Both the position numbers and the translations under genes were made by a program. Of a stretch of DNA of 52,739 nt, positions 10,200 to 19,142 are shown piece by piece. The number at the start of each line of letters is the position of its first letter. Position 1 is the first letter of the stretch. Origin of the DNA: a virus (lineage: Duplodnaviria; Caudoviricetes). The notes beneath the pieces were generated by a model, which was not told the DNA's origin, did not search any database, and was given only the letters and a program-made list of their open reading frames with translations. The stretch is taken from positions 1-52,739 of the IMG/VR virus record IMGVR_UViG_3300030104_001024; one strand, given 5' to 3'.

Positions 10200-13109
10200 T
10201 CAGGTAGCCATTTTACCGCCAAGACCTTTCTTAGCGTTACGCTTTTTTGGTTTAGTTTTTTTCGGCTTTGAGGCTAAACCACCCTCTTTAAATCCATAAG
10301 TAGGAGATAATTCTCCTGAAGCTGTAAAACCTGTAAATGCTTCGTGGTATGCTCTATCTGCAGCAAATGCGTCACCTGTTTGCATAAACACGTTTTGACT
10401 CGCCTCCCTTGCTTTATCCATACTTACTCCGGGAACTTTTCTCTCTTGTTTCTTGGGGGTTTCTTTTTTAGTTTCCTCTTTCTTTTCTTCTTTCTTTTCT
10501 TCTTTTGCCTTTTTAGTTCTTGTCTTTGGTTTAAATTTTAAAGCATCCTCAACAGCTTTTTGTGCTGCACTCCTTGTTTCTAAAAACTGCTTTGCATCTG
10601 TTACCTTTCTCTGTCCTGTAGTCTGTGGAGCAAATTCCATATCGTCTGCTCTTTTTCTAGCCTCCAAAAAAGATACTGCATCTGTTACCTTACGAGTATC
10701 TCCTATTGGAGGAAAGTCTGGTGTTAATTGTGGTACAAGCTTTGACACTGGTGATTTGTAATTTCTTGCTAACATGAGTTGTGTCTGAGCATCTGAATTA
10801 GTAGCGTCAGGTCCTATTCCTGCTTGTTTAGGAAAGTCAGACATAACACCTATATTTGTTGCTCTTTGATCCATGTCTTTAAATTTTTCAGCAGAGTAGT
10901 CTATATTTTCTCCTCCAACACCTACTGCAGGTATATTACCAACGGCAGGTGGTAGATCCATTTCTTCTACTTCAAGAGGTCTAATGTCTGGTGGTGTAAA
11001 ACCTCTGCTATAAAGTTGCGATACATCTTTAGGTTGTGGTTGTATTATGTTTTGAAAACCGCCCTGTGGTTGTATTATGTTTTGAAAACTTTCTGGAGTA
11101 GAGGGCGTAGGTAAAGGTGCTGTTATTGATTTGTTTGTTAAATCCACTATTTGTTTTTTGTTTGCTAAAAAAGGAGTATTACCTATGGCACTTACTACAT
11201 GATTTCTTAGCCCTATATCTGTTTTCTTAGCTCCGGGAGCATCAAATCGTCTAAAGCTTGTTGCATTTATAACTTCAAATATTTGATCTGTTTTTAATCC
11301 TTCTTTATAGAGTGCTTTTGCAAAATCCGTAGTGTTTGTAGCTAAAGCTATAGCGTTATCAACATCAATTTTTTGGTCTTTAGTCAAAACTTTATTTATG
11401 GACTTATCATCAACAGGTGAATATTGATATATTACATTTCCACTTTTCTGTGCTCGTTGACCATTTATTATATCATTAAATGTCAAATTTTCTTTAGTTA
11501 AAGTTCTAGGTGTTTGTGTATTTGTTCCTGATAAGTTTATTCCGGGATTAAAAGTATTTAGAGGCACAGCACCTGATTTTGTTAGACCATACCGTGTAAT
11601 AACAGATCTAAACACTGTTGCCATACCAACATCGCCCTCTCCTATGGCTTCAGAACGCACAAGCCTCTGTATTCTGTTTTTATCTGCATCATTTAAAGCA
11701 TTGTAATCTCTTAATCCTACATTGTATGCCTCACTGTCTAAAGAAGAATAATCTAAACCTTCCATTCCTCCTGCATAAGCTGCCCCCAATAATGAAAAAT
11801 TAGATGTAGCATCACCTAAAGTGCTAAGAGCAGCATACCCTGTGTCCATAATTTTTTGTACCAAAGATTTCTTCTCAGGCTTGTTCTCTAGTGTCTCTGG
11901 TGTTTCGTTTTTAAGAACCTCTGCAGCTTTACCTGCAACTGTTGCTATATCATCTTTTGAATCGCCACCTAGTTCTCCTAATTGCTCTTCCCCAAGAAAA
12001 TCATTTCCTGCTGTGGTCGTAGCTGATGTACCCTCTGCTACCGCAGATGTAGGTACGTTAGGGTCTGCAGATATAGTTCTGTCTTGTTCTAACTCTAAAA
12101 AGTCTGGTTGTTGTTGATCTATAACAGTTTGTAGTGACTCAAGTAAAGATTTGTTTAAAGGAGCAGTCGCCACGCTATTGAGTGCGTTTATTTCTTCTTG
12201 AGATAAAGCTTCACCTGTTTCTGGATTTTTACCTGTGCGTACTGCCTCTAATGCAAAGTCACGAGCAGCCTTTTCGTTTAACCCCTGAAAGTAGCCAAGT
12301 ATAGGTATTTTACGAGTAATGGATGTTAATGCACCTCTTCTCTGAGAGTTATACCTCTGCCAATCCTCTGCAGTAAAATCTGCAAAAGATGTTGGAGTTT
12401 CTTTCATGTCGTCAAAAGCACTTGGAAGACCAAAAGCAGAGTCTGTAGCACCAGTGGTTCTAGCTCTTTCTGCTTCATCTTCTTGTCTATCTCTATCGTC
12501 TGATACACCTCCTGTACCACCTGTACCTGCTACATCAGATGCCATAAACTCTGGTGGTATGTACTGCATTGGTTTACCATTAAAAAATGGCACAGTTATT
12601 GTTTTACCTGTGGTGGGATTAGTAAAGTTACGAAGTTGAAAACCTAGTCCCTCTGCACCCATAGAGCCGTATCTTTGATTTGGTGTGAACGGTTGTCCAA
12701 AAGCAGTCTCGTATGTTCCTGTATCACCACCGTCAGCAAAACCCATGATACCGCCTCTGTATGCTTCTGTTGTTTCTAATTCTTCTAAACTAAAAGGTAA
12801 CTCTCCCTGATCTTCATTTACTGGTGCTCCACCTATACGTCCATCCTGTTCCATTCGCATCATACCAAGTTTAGCTTCATCTCTAAGGTCTTCAAACTTT
12901 TGTATGCCGTGATATCGAACAACATCTGCAGGAACAACATATTCACCTTCGCTTAACATTGCAGGAACATCATCTCTAACTTCTTCTGCCATACTACCTG
13001 ACGGAATGTCATTACCGCTTACTGGGTCTTTACTCATACCATCATCTGCAAGTACAGCATCATCTTGCATAAAAGCCATTTCCATTTGTTCCTGCGTTGG
13101 TTCAGCCAT
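10200..13109 (-). CDS. Internal virion (ejection) protein with a SleB-like cell-wall hydrolase domain
   Basis: DDVPAMLSEGEYVVPADVV module; RLVRSEAIGEGDVGMATV...R...YQYS resembles Hydrolase_2; Lys-rich C-terminus. Confidence 0.6.
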   Translation of the reverse strand: MAEPTQEQMEMAFMQDDAVLADDGMSKDPVSGNDIPSGSMAEEVRDDVPAMLSEGEYVVPADVVRYHGIQKFEDLRDEAKLGMMRMEQDGRIGGAPVNEDQGELPFSLEELETTEAYRGGIMGFADGGDTGTYETAFGQPFTPNQRYGSMGAEGLGFQLRNFTNPTTGKTITVPFFNGKPMQYIPPEFMASDVAGTGGTGGVSDDRDRQEDEAERARTTGATDSAFGLPSAFDDMKETPTSFADFTAEDWQRYNSQRRGALTSITRKIPILGYFQGLNEKAARDFALEAVRTGKNPETGEALSQEEINALNSVATAPLNKSLLESLQTVIDQQQPDFLELEQDRTISADPNVPTSAVAEGTSATTTAGNDFLGEEQLGELGGDSKDDIATVAGKAAEVLKNETPETLENKPEKKSLVQKIMDTGYAALSTLGDATSNFSLLGAAYAGGMEGLDYSSLDSEAYNVGLRDYNALNDADKNRIQRLVRSEAIGEGDVGMATVFRSVITRYGLTKSGAVPLNTFNPGINLSGTNTQTPRTLTKENLTFNDIINGQRAQKSGNVIYQYSPVDDKSINKVLTKDQKIDVDNAIALATNTTDFAKALYKEGLKTDQIFEVINATSFRRFDAPGAKKTDIGLRNHVVSAIGNTPFLANKKQIVDLTNKSITAPLPTPSTPESFQNIIQPQGGFQNIIQPQPKDVSQLYSRGFTPPDIRPLEVEEMDLPPAVGNIPAVGVGGENIDYSAEKFKDMDQRATNIGVMSDFPKQAGIGPDATNSDAQTQLMLARNYKSPVSKLVPQLTPDFPPIGDTRKVTDAVSFLEARKRADDMEFAPQTTGQRKVTDAKQFLETRSAAQKAVEDALKFKPKTRTKKAKEEKKEEKKEETKKETPKKQERKVPGVSMDKAREASQNVFMQTGDAFAADRAYHEAFTGFTASGELSPTYGFKEGGLASKPKKTKPKKRNAKKGLGGKMAT
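11035..11089. repeat. In-frame duplication with a 30-bp period (FQNIIQPQ x2)
   Basis: tgtggttgtattatgttttgaaaac at 11035 and 11065. Confidence 0.9.
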
Positions 13110-13296
13110 TTTTCATTACTTCCTTTAGTTGCATCAGTCTACGAACTGAAGAAATAGCTCCTTGCAATCTGTATATGTCAGATGGCTTCTCTGTCTGTTC
13201 CATAGTTCTCTGATAATTTACAATAGACCTTTGTAACTCATCTACAAAAGCATCCCATAGTTCTTTATTATTCGTTAACTCTTTAATCTTAGACAT
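13102..13296 (-). CDS. Small protein downstream of portal (64 aa)
   Basis: Likely start MSKIKELTNN at 13296; IYRLQG motif. Confidence 0.6.
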   Translation of the reverse strand: MSKIKELTNNKELWDAFVDELQRSIVNYQRTMEQTEKPSDIYRLQGAISSVRRLMQLKEVMKNG

Positions 13297-15409
13297 TACC
13301 TGAAAATCCTTCTTCATCTGGTAGTGGTGCTGTGCCAACACCTATTTGTGATCCCCCACCGCCTGATGTGTCTTGAACATTTGCCCCTGCAGGTGCAGGT
13401 GGTACTTGTCCTCCTTCAGGTGGTTGTGGAGCTTGTGGTTGCTGTGGAGCAGGTTGTTGAAACTTCTTAAATATTTCAGCCTGTATCACAGCATCTTGCA
13501 GACTATTTGTAACCTTGTTTGGATCAAGATCCATAGCCTTTGCAATCTCTCGTATAATATAATCCATCTTAGCAAACGGTGCAAGTGCAGGGTTAGAAGC
13601 AACCTGTAAAAACTGCATAAGTCGTTGACTTCTTACTTCGTTTGCCATTAGACTTTCTGTGCCTTGTGCTCTTACTTCAAGGTCGCCCTTAATGTCTGAT
13701 TCATAATCAAACTGCATGTTAAAACTAAAGAACGCTTTACCCATTGGGGCTAACAGATAGTCGTCTACATTCTTTACAACATTACGAATAGAACCATTTG
13801 CTGCAGACATAAGCATGGATATACCAGAAGCTGTACGTCCTACTCCTTGTATGCCTGTCTGACCGTGGGCAAAGCTTGGAAAGCCTGTACTTTCGTCTGC
13901 TAACACTCTGGATTTATCAAATAGTTGCATGTTTTCTGCTGCTACGTTTGGAAACTTTGTGCCAAAAATAGCTTGTCCGGGAGCACCGCCTTGCCTCCTA
14001 AAGATTTTTCCGGGATAAACACTCAAGTCTTGTCCGGGGACAAGGTTAGTTTCGTCTACTTCCATTATCAAGTTGCCACTTAATGCAGCGTTGTCGATAG
14101 CCATACGCATAAAGCCGTTCATCAACGTCTGTGTATCGTCCATATTTTCTGCTATGCCAACACCAAAAAAGCTGTATGGGTTGTGTTCATAAGGAACAGC
14201 GTAGTAAGGTATACGTACTGGCTTAAATGGATTTAACACCATTCTTAGTACGTGACCTTGGCATACCCATATGTTACAGTTTAGCTGTTCTACATCTGCA
14301 AGTTCACTAGGAATGTCAACACCATTCTCTTCTAGCTTCTCTGCATCTACATAGCCCCAAAACTCTAATACTTCATAACGCTCTGAGTAGTTTTCTATAG
14401 CGTAGTCTTTCATGTCGTCTTCCCAATACTTCTTATCGTACTGAGCACCCATGTCAAGACACATTTCTATAGACTCTTCTCTAAAGTATGGTCTGTTCTT
14501 GAGATTACGCATTTGTGTTTTGGACAGTTTATGTCTTTGCACACAGTATTCTGCTTCATCCATATTGTAAGCATCAGGGTCAGGGTAAAAGTTCCATATA
14601 GATACGTGATCTGTAGAAGGCACTGTCTTTATAGTTGGGTCGTACTCTCCTTCTTCGTTCCAGTTCGGATACTCTTTATCTAACGCAAAAGGTCCTTTCA
14701 TAATGCCTGTGCCAAATAATGCCATCTCAAACGCTGTGTTGCGAAGCTGTTTGTTTGCTCCAGACTCTTCTAGTTGGTCATGTATCTTCTTTTCCATCTT
14801 CTTTGCTGCAACCATAGCAGGGTGAAAGGTAACAGTTGTTTGTGTCTGTCCATCTCCTTCTATAAGTTTTTCAGAAACATTACCTAGTTTTTCTTCTAAA
14901 GGTCCTAGCCTGTTCTGCAAATCAGCGATTGTTTCACCGGGCTTTAACTTTCCATTAGGTCCAAATAAATAAGGCTCTGAGGGTTTATCCTCAAAAGCCT
15001 GTTTTAGATCATCCAATCCTTGCTCTGCATTTGGGTCTATATTAATATGCACCGACTCTGCTACTCCGTCTGGTAACTTCGTTGGATTTACCGTAAGGGG
15101 GAATGTAGTGTTACCAAATAACACATCTATGATTTGACCATATGCCGCAAGTGTCTTAGTCTTTGTTACCTTTACAAATACTCTTGACTTCTCTGTCTCT
15201 GTAAACTGTACGTCAGGTCCATAAAGTCCTCTATAATTTCTATATGCTTTTAGCCACCTTTGCTCATCCTGTTGTCTCACATCCTCTGCTCTCTTAAATC
15301 TGTTTTGTACAAATGATACTACATCACTTTCTGATCTAAGAGCAGGATCATTGTCCTGCATTGCTGAGACACCATCTGTGTCAAATGCTACTTCATTGTC
15401 TTCTGCCAT
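13289..15409 (-). CDS. Portal protein
   Basis: 706 aa following terL; WLKAYRNYRGLY, PYEHNPYSFFGVG, GRTASGISML; P/Q-rich tail. Confidence 0.85.
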   Translation of the reverse strand: MAEDNEVAFDTDGVSAMQDNDPALRSESDVVSFVQNRFKRAEDVRQQDEQRWLKAYRNYRGLYGPDVQFTETEKSRVFVKVTKTKTLAAYGQIIDVLFGNTTFPLTVNPTKLPDGVAESVHINIDPNAEQGLDDLKQAFEDKPSEPYLFGPNGKLKPGETIADLQNRLGPLEEKLGNVSEKLIEGDGQTQTTVTFHPAMVAAKKMEKKIHDQLEESGANKQLRNTAFEMALFGTGIMKGPFALDKEYPNWNEEGEYDPTIKTVPSTDHVSIWNFYPDPDAYNMDEAEYCVQRHKLSKTQMRNLKNRPYFREESIEMCLDMGAQYDKKYWEDDMKDYAIENYSERYEVLEFWGYVDAEKLEENGVDIPSELADVEQLNCNIWVCQGHVLRMVLNPFKPVRIPYYAVPYEHNPYSFFGVGIAENMDDTQTLMNGFMRMAIDNAALSGNLIMEVDETNLVPGQDLSVYPGKIFRRQGGAPGQAIFGTKFPNVAAENMQLFDKSRVLADESTGFPSFAHGQTGIQGVGRTASGISMLMSAANGSIRNVVKNVDDYLLAPMGKAFFSFNMQFDYESDIKGDLEVRAQGTESLMANEVRSQRLMQFLQVASNPALAPFAKMDYIIREIAKAMDLDPNKVTNSLQDAVIQAEIFKKFQQPAPQQPQAPQPPEGGQVPPAPAGANVQDTSGGGGSQIGVGTAPLPDEEGFSGNV

Positions 15410-15411
15410 GT

Positions 15412-16977
15412 CTAATATCCAAAGTTGGGATCAGCGGCTTGAAATCCTGTTCGCTGATTCGCAGGGTTATAGTCCCAAATGGAACTTCTAGGTCGTGTCA
15501 TAATTCCGTATCGTAGTGCGTCATACATGTGATCCATTGCGTTTGTGTCTACGTCTTCGGAGTTTTTCTTGTCCAAGGGTAGACTAGGCAGTTGAGATAT
15601 AAGATTTGTGCAGTTGTTAAATATAACCATACGAGGTTCTTCAGTAAACTCATCAACCTGTAATCTCCTGTGTAATTCGTTTTTTCCTGCAACTCTACTT
15701 CCTTTACTTCTATCTGAAGGTCGCCATCTGCACCCTCTTACAATCATTTGTTCTGCTAGGCTAGGTCCTGTGTCCCCACGTTTGTGCCAAAGTGAACTGT
15801 CCAGAACTCCGTACTGTATTACTCCATCGTCTGCTTCTAACTGTAATATTCTATCTGCTAAATCTACAGCTAAAACTTTTGATACCTGCAACTCTCTATA
15901 TACTACGAGTTGTTCAGCAGGTGTTATGGCTAACCATACTACAGCAGAGTAACTTCCATAACCATAGTCACACGCTCTAAACTTTTTCCAACTAGCAGGT
16001 ATTTTGTAAGGTTCTACAACATGTACCTGCCTGTTAAACTCTGGAAACGCTGCACCTTCTGAAACGTCCCAATCACCCTCTAATAACTGTCTTCTCTGAT
16101 GTTCAGGTAGAGACAGTAGCATTGCCTCATAGTCTCCTGACTCAGCTAGATAAGGGTTGTCAAACAAATTAGCAGGTATGAAGCGTCTTCTAAAAAGAGG
16201 CTGCCCCTCTCTGCTATGCCCTTTTGGAAATGTAATAACATTACCTGATTCTAACTCCGTTGCCCAAAAAGAATTGTTTGGTGGAGAAGGGTCTACAAAT
16301 GTTTTCTTTACCCATTGATGTCCTATTCCTCCGGGGTTAGTTGTTGCTCTCATATAAAGACCCAACGAACTGTCTGCACTTCTAAGTCGTGAACGCATAT
16401 AGTCCCAAGCATAAGGTGTTGCCCACTGCGTTAACTCGTCAAATCCTATCCAGTTAAATGCCTGACCTTGGTATCGCATTACGTCTAGGTCACGGTCTAG
16501 GTAGGACATCCACAGTCTGCCTCCTTTAGGACTTACCCACTGTGATTTTCGTTCTGACCACTTTATTCCCGGAATTGCTTTTGGATATAACTCCTGAGAC
16601 TTTTGTATAAGTTCTCTTAACTCTTCCGTTGTGTGTCGTACAAGTAACCCACTAAAGTTTGGGTTGTTAATTCCACGAAGAGGGTCAGCTAACATGGCGA
16701 ATGATTTACCGCCTCCTGCTGCTCCTCCATATAGCACCTCTCGTTCTGATGAAGCTAAGAAGTCTGTTTGTGGTCCTTCATTTGGCTTAAACAATACTTC
16801 AGGTTCTACCTCACTTGGTTCTGGTAAAACTATGGGTGCTTCAAGCTTCTGCGGCTCTTCCTTCGTAGGAACTACCGAGGGACTCTTCTTCGAGTTTCTT
16901 AATTTCGTTAAGCGTCTTTTCGAGCCTTTTGGCGAGCTTGCGTTTAACTGTAGTTGTTGTCTTACGTTTTCTGTCAA
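15412..16977 (-). CDS. terL: Terminase large subunit (start uncertain)
   Basis: Walker A YGGAAGGGKS, Walker B IGFDE, ATTNPGG, nuclease motifs DYGY and DHMYDALRY. Confidence 0.92.
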   Translation of the reverse strand: MTENVRQQLQLNASSPKGSKRRLTKLRNSKKSPSVVPTKEEPQKLEAPIVLPEPSEVEPEVLFKPNEGPQTDFLASSEREVLYGGAAGGGKSFAMLADPLRGINNPNFSGLLVRHTTEELRELIQKSQELYPKAIPGIKWSERKSQWVSPKGGRLWMSYLDRDLDVMRYQGQAFNWIGFDELTQWATPYAWDYMRSRLRSADSSLGLYMRATTNPGGIGHQWVKKTFVDPSPPNNSFWATELESGNVITFPKGHSREGQPLFRRRFIPANLFDNPYLAESGDYEAMLLSLPEHQRRQLLEGDWDVSEGAAFPEFNRQVHVVEPYKIPASWKKFRACDYGYGSYSAVVWLAITPAEQLVVYRELQVSKVLAVDLADRILQLEADDGVIQYGVLDSSLWHKRGDTGPSLAEQMIVRGCRWRPSDRSKGSRVAGKNELHRRLQVDEFTEEPRMVIFNNCTNLISQLPSLPLDKKNSEDVDTNAMDHMYDALRYGIMTRPRSSIWDYNPANQRTGFQAADPNFGY

Positions 16978-17248
16978 TGTGTATTCTTTTTCTTAGTCCT
17001 ACGTGAGATATATACCTACCAGTTTCTTTAGAAAGCCAGTTCGCAACCTCTCTGTAACTATACTGCCTTAAATGCTCTTTTGCCTTATCTAGTGCGTTTA
17101 ACTGTATACTTACAGGAAGCAAAAAATCATTATCCTCTTCGTCTACCTCATAACCAAAAGGAACAGTTCTTGCTATTCTAGGTATTCTTCTCCAACTTTT
17201 TATATATGGTTTTGGTAATACCCAAAAACCTAATGCTTCGCTACTCAT
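16841..17248 (-). CDS. HTH DNA-binding protein between terS and terL
   Basis: PFGY motif plus SYREVANWLSKETGRYISHVGL helix-turn-helix; ATG at 17248. Confidence 0.6.
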   Translation of the reverse strand: MSSEALGFWVLPKPYIKSWRRIPRIARTVPFGYEVDEEDNDFLLPVSIQLNALDKAKEHLRQYSYREVANWLSKETGRYISHVGLRKRIHIDRKRKTTTTVKRKLAKRLEKTLNEIKKLEEESLGSSYEGRAAEA

Positions 17249-17609
17249 TTTTTCCTTCTTTAGCAGGTAATACGAATACTCCTCCTGAAGATTCCACATT
17301 TATCTTTTCAGTCTTCATAAACCCTGCTCTGTCTAGTAAATCTCTAGCTGCAGTCATTTTATCTCTTATGCCTAACTCTGTTGGATCAACAAGAGCATTG
17401 CCCATTGCTACAACAGCTTTTGGAGCAACACGAGCCATATACTCTTTTGTTGCATCCGCTATTTCATCTTTTAGTCCTCGTATAACGTCACTGGTGGCTG
17501 TGGTATCTGCATATCCTGCCATCTTCTTTGCAGTAACAACATCCCCTCCTGCTCCATCAAACAGAACAGCCATAAACTTTTGTTGTTTTTCATTTAGAAC
17601 TTTTGCCAT
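17241..17609 (-). CDS. terS: Terminase small subunit
   Basis: LNEKQQKF...A..MAGY N-terminal signature and AARDLLDRAG. Confidence 0.7.
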   Translation of the reverse strand: MAKVLNEKQQKFMAVLFDGAGGDVVTAKKMAGYADTTATSDVIRGLKDEIADATKEYMARVAPKAVVAMGNALVDPTELGIRDKMTAARDLLDRAGFMKTEKINVESSGGVFVLPAKEGKNE

Positions 17610-17778
17610 CTTTATCTTTCTTCTCTTGATCGTCTATTATTTTGTTTACCCATTCTCCATTATCACCAGAGTTCTCACAAAAGATACAGTGAGTGTGTCT
17701 ATGTTGATGTCCACATACTTCGCAAGTCACTAACTTTGCCCCTGCGATGCTGTAAGGACCATGCCTATATTCTGGCAT
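17590..17778 (-). CDS. Small zinc-finger protein
   Basis: CEVC...CIFC. Confidence 0.5.
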   Translation of the reverse strand: MPEYRHGPYSIAGAKLVTCEVCGHQHRHTHCIFCENSGDNGEWVNKIIDDQEKKDKDGKSSK

Positions 17779-18040
17779 CCAAGTTACTTATGTCTTGTTC
17801 TTCCACAAATCTGAGAACATTCTCTTCAGGTACACACATAACTCTTTGAATAGGTCTTTGTCCATATTGATTTGCTAGTGCCTTTATAATAGGAATCGGA
17901 TTGTCTCGTACAAAGTCTCGACACTCCATTGAACTGTGGAAGTGACCGTGTTCTTTCGGTTTCTCAAATATGTATACATCTTGCGTCCCATCCGAATGGA
18001 CTCCCAACATAATAGCTACTATGAACCAAGTTTCTAACAT
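17765..18040 (-). CDS. Small exported two-Cys protein
   Basis: Hydrophobic N-terminus; F-x-S-xxx-C...C pattern shared with 41579..41815. Confidence 0.5.
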   Translation of the reverse strand: MLETWFIVAIMLGVHSDGTQDVYIFEKPKEHGHFHSSMECRDFVRDNPIPIIKALANQYGQRPIQRVMCVPEENVLRFVEEQDISNLDARI

Positions 18041-18288
18041 CAGGTTACTTTTCTGTGTGCTCTTGTTTTTTTAGCAATATTTTTAGGTTGCTTAACAAAC
18101 TGTTTCCCTGCTGCTTTGCCTTTTCTTTTAGCTGCCGTTGTGGCTGCGTATTCTTGAGGTGATAGGGATTTGATTGCAGACGATGGAAGATAGCGTTCTC
18201 CTGTCTTTCCACTTGGCTTACCACTCTTAGTTCTCCATTTTTGTTTTGTCCATGATTTAAGACTACGTTGACTTTTTGCGAGTGCCAT
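18040..18288 (-). CDS. Small basic protein (DUF5872-like C-terminal half)
   Basis: SQRSLKSWTKQKWRTKSGKPS..TGERYLP motif. Confidence 0.6.
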   Translation of the reverse strand: MALAKSQRSLKSWTKQKWRTKSGKPSGKTGERYLPSSAIKSLSPQEYAATTAAKRKGKAAGKQFVKQPKNIAKKTRAHRKVT

Positions 18289-18568
18289 GCTTTGCCTTTA
18301 ATTGTTGCTTCGCCCTCTTAGCTATTCCTGCCTGTTGGGGCTTGCCTCCGTATTTACTTCTTTGCTCCATCACTGTAAGTATCTGTATCTTACGAGCATA
18401 GGGCTTCTTTATCTTCTTTACTTTTCTAGCCGTAGCCTTTGCGTCAGCAGGAGTCGCATACTTTATACGGACAGTATCTTTTGGATTTTCATCTGTATAA
18501 AGTCTGCGTCCTGAACCTTTTGGCTTCTTGCCTGTACCTAGCCTTGGGTCTTTAGCGATAGCCACCAC
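18263..18568 (-). CDS. Small basic protein
   Basis: K/R-rich; GRRLYTDENPKDTV; overlaps both neighbours. Confidence 0.6.
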   Translation of the reverse strand: MVAIAKDPRLGTGKKPKGSGRRLYTDENPKDTVRIKYATPADAKATARKVKKIKKPYARKIQILTVMEQRSKYGGKPQQAGIAKRAKQQLKAKHGTRKKST

Positions 18569-18839
18569 CCTTGGCTTTGTACTGCTTGGCTAACATCTGC
18601 GCCTTTCTAGCACTCCACTGTCCGGGATTACCTCCCTTGCCTCCTGCCTTTATGCTATTGAATAAACTCTTTCGCATAGTAGGCTTGGTGTAGTTACCTG
18701 CTTTATTGACCGTGCTACCCCCTTTGGCAAAGCCTGATAGAGATGATAATGATTTAGCCTGTCCTGCGTGTAACTTAGAAGCCTTCTTCAGCCCCTTAAT
18801 TACCTTTTTGACTTTGGCTTTGTTTTGTGTAGTAGCCAT
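18552..18839 (-). CDS. Small basic protein (DUF5872-like N-terminal half)
   Basis: NYTKP.MRK...IKAGGKGGNPGQWSARKAQMLAKQYKAKGGGY. Confidence 0.6.
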   Translation of the reverse strand: MATTQNKAKVKKVIKGLKKASKLHAGQAKSLSSLSGFAKGGSTVNKAGNYTKPTMRKSLFNSIKAGGKGGNPGQWSARKAQMLAKQYKAKGGGYR

Positions 18840-18841
18840 AA

Positions 18842-19141
18842 CTAGCCCTTCATTATCTTATAGCCTCTAGCTTTTGCTGCGGCTCTAAGTTGAGGAACGG
18901 TCATACCGCCTGATGCGTAGCCCTTCTTCTTCATACCGCCTTTAGCCATGCCTTTCTTTTTCATCATGCCACCCTTATTCATTTTGCCTTTTCCGTCCAT
19001 AGCAAACGCAGGAATCATTTTACCTGTCTTAGGGTCTTTAGCCATTGGTAACTTAGCACCACCCTTAGCGTATCCTTTTTTCTTCATGCCACCTCGTGCC
19101 ATGCCCTTTTTCTTCATCATTGGTTTTTTCTTCATCGCCAT
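18842..19141 (-). CDS. Lys/Met/Gly-rich basic repeat protein (99 aa)
   Basis: AAGGAG RBS before the ATG at 19141; five [GK][MY]xxGG units. Confidence 0.7.
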   Translation of the reverse strand: MAMKKKPMMKKKGMARGGMKKKGYAKGGAKLPMAKDPKTGKMIPAFAMDGKGKMNKGGMMKKKGMAKGGMKKKGYASGGMTVPQLRAAAKARGYKIMKG

Positions 19142-19142
19142 C

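Noticed and set aside
10188-10205. Hammerhead ribozyme (CTGATGA on the minus strand)
   Set aside because: No stem II followed by a separate GAAA, and no stem I/III geometry.
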